Source: Podarcis melisellensis (lineage: Eukaryota). Taken from it: 64,000 bases of DNA. Both the position numbers and the translations under genes were made by a program. The notes beneath the pieces are model-generated. The model was not told the DNA's origin. It ran no database searches and was given only the letters and a program-made list of their open reading frames with translations. The DNA is taken from assembly GCA_964234715.1 (NCBI GenBank), contig OZ174279.1; one strand, 5' to 3'. Shown in pieces: positions 63,538 to 64,000 of this stretch (position 1 is the first letter of the stretch; each line of letters begins with the position of its first letter).

Positions 63538-63844
63538 CAGGCATTCCCAAACAGTGATCCATGGACCACCAGTGGTCTGCAAGCTTCATTCAGGGGGTCT
63601 GCAGCATCCCCACATTAAATATTCATATTGGTTTTTAATTGTATTTTTATTGCTTCTGTTAGTTCTATATTGTATTAAAATCTGAAATTCAGTGAACTGC
63701 AAATTGCAATACAATAAAGTAAAACATAAGAAATATAAGAAGCAATAAAAATACAATTAAAAATCACCCAGCACAGTGCACTACAATTGCTACAACAGGC
63801 AGAAAGATCATTAAGTGGTCTATCGAAACTATTGAGAACTGCTG
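63538..63844. mobile_element. hAT (Charlie-like) MITE with AT-rich internal inverted repeat
   Basis: CAGGCATTCCCAAA ... TTGAGAACTGCTG termini; degenerate 8-bp TSD CACCACAA/CTCTACAA; perfect 26-bp inverted repeat at 63632-63657 and 63738-63763. Confidence 0.68.
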
Positions 63845-64000
63845 CTCTACAACCTTATGAGCAAGACGAGGGAAGACCTGGACAACTTTACCTAGCTTGC
63901 CTCCAAAAGCAACAAGATGCCCTACCCCAGTAGCAGTGATCCTGCCCACTGATGGAGGATTTGGGGGAGAAACCTAAACTCCACCCCCAGCCATTAACAC

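Noticed and set aside
24158-64000. Exons of a second host gene such as ATRNL1
   Set aside because: No CpG-island first exon or recognisable coding exon found. CpG-rich patches are all explained by TEs, though small or non-coding exons could have been missed.

Overview
Vertebrate genomic DNA from a squamate reptile, most likely a lacertid lizard (inferred from Sauria SINEs, tRNA-headed SINEs with CR1 tails, L2/CR1 LINEs and hAT/Tigger-like MITEs). The only host gene I can support is TRUB1 (TruB-family pseudouridine synthase) on the + strand. Seven coding exons lie between 1589 and 24157, all with GT-AG boundaries and matching phases. They correspond to human exons 2-8; exon 1 is upstream of the window. 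The remaining ~40 kb has no recognisable exon and looks intergenic (ATRNL1 follows TRUB1 in human but is not seen here). The largest repeat is a decayed ~3.7 kb L2 LINE (43982-47699, minus strand) that appears to sit inside a Tc1/mariner MITE and itself carries a hAT MITE. I found no clearly new biological system. The best leads are a possible in-frame MITE-derived cassette exon in TRUB1, substitutions in conserved TruB motifs, MITEs carrying ETS/NRF1/YY1 motifs, a solo LTR with a sense poly(A) signal in a TRUB1 intron, and several nested insertions. Repeat family names come from memory, not a database search, and boundaries of old repeats are approximate.
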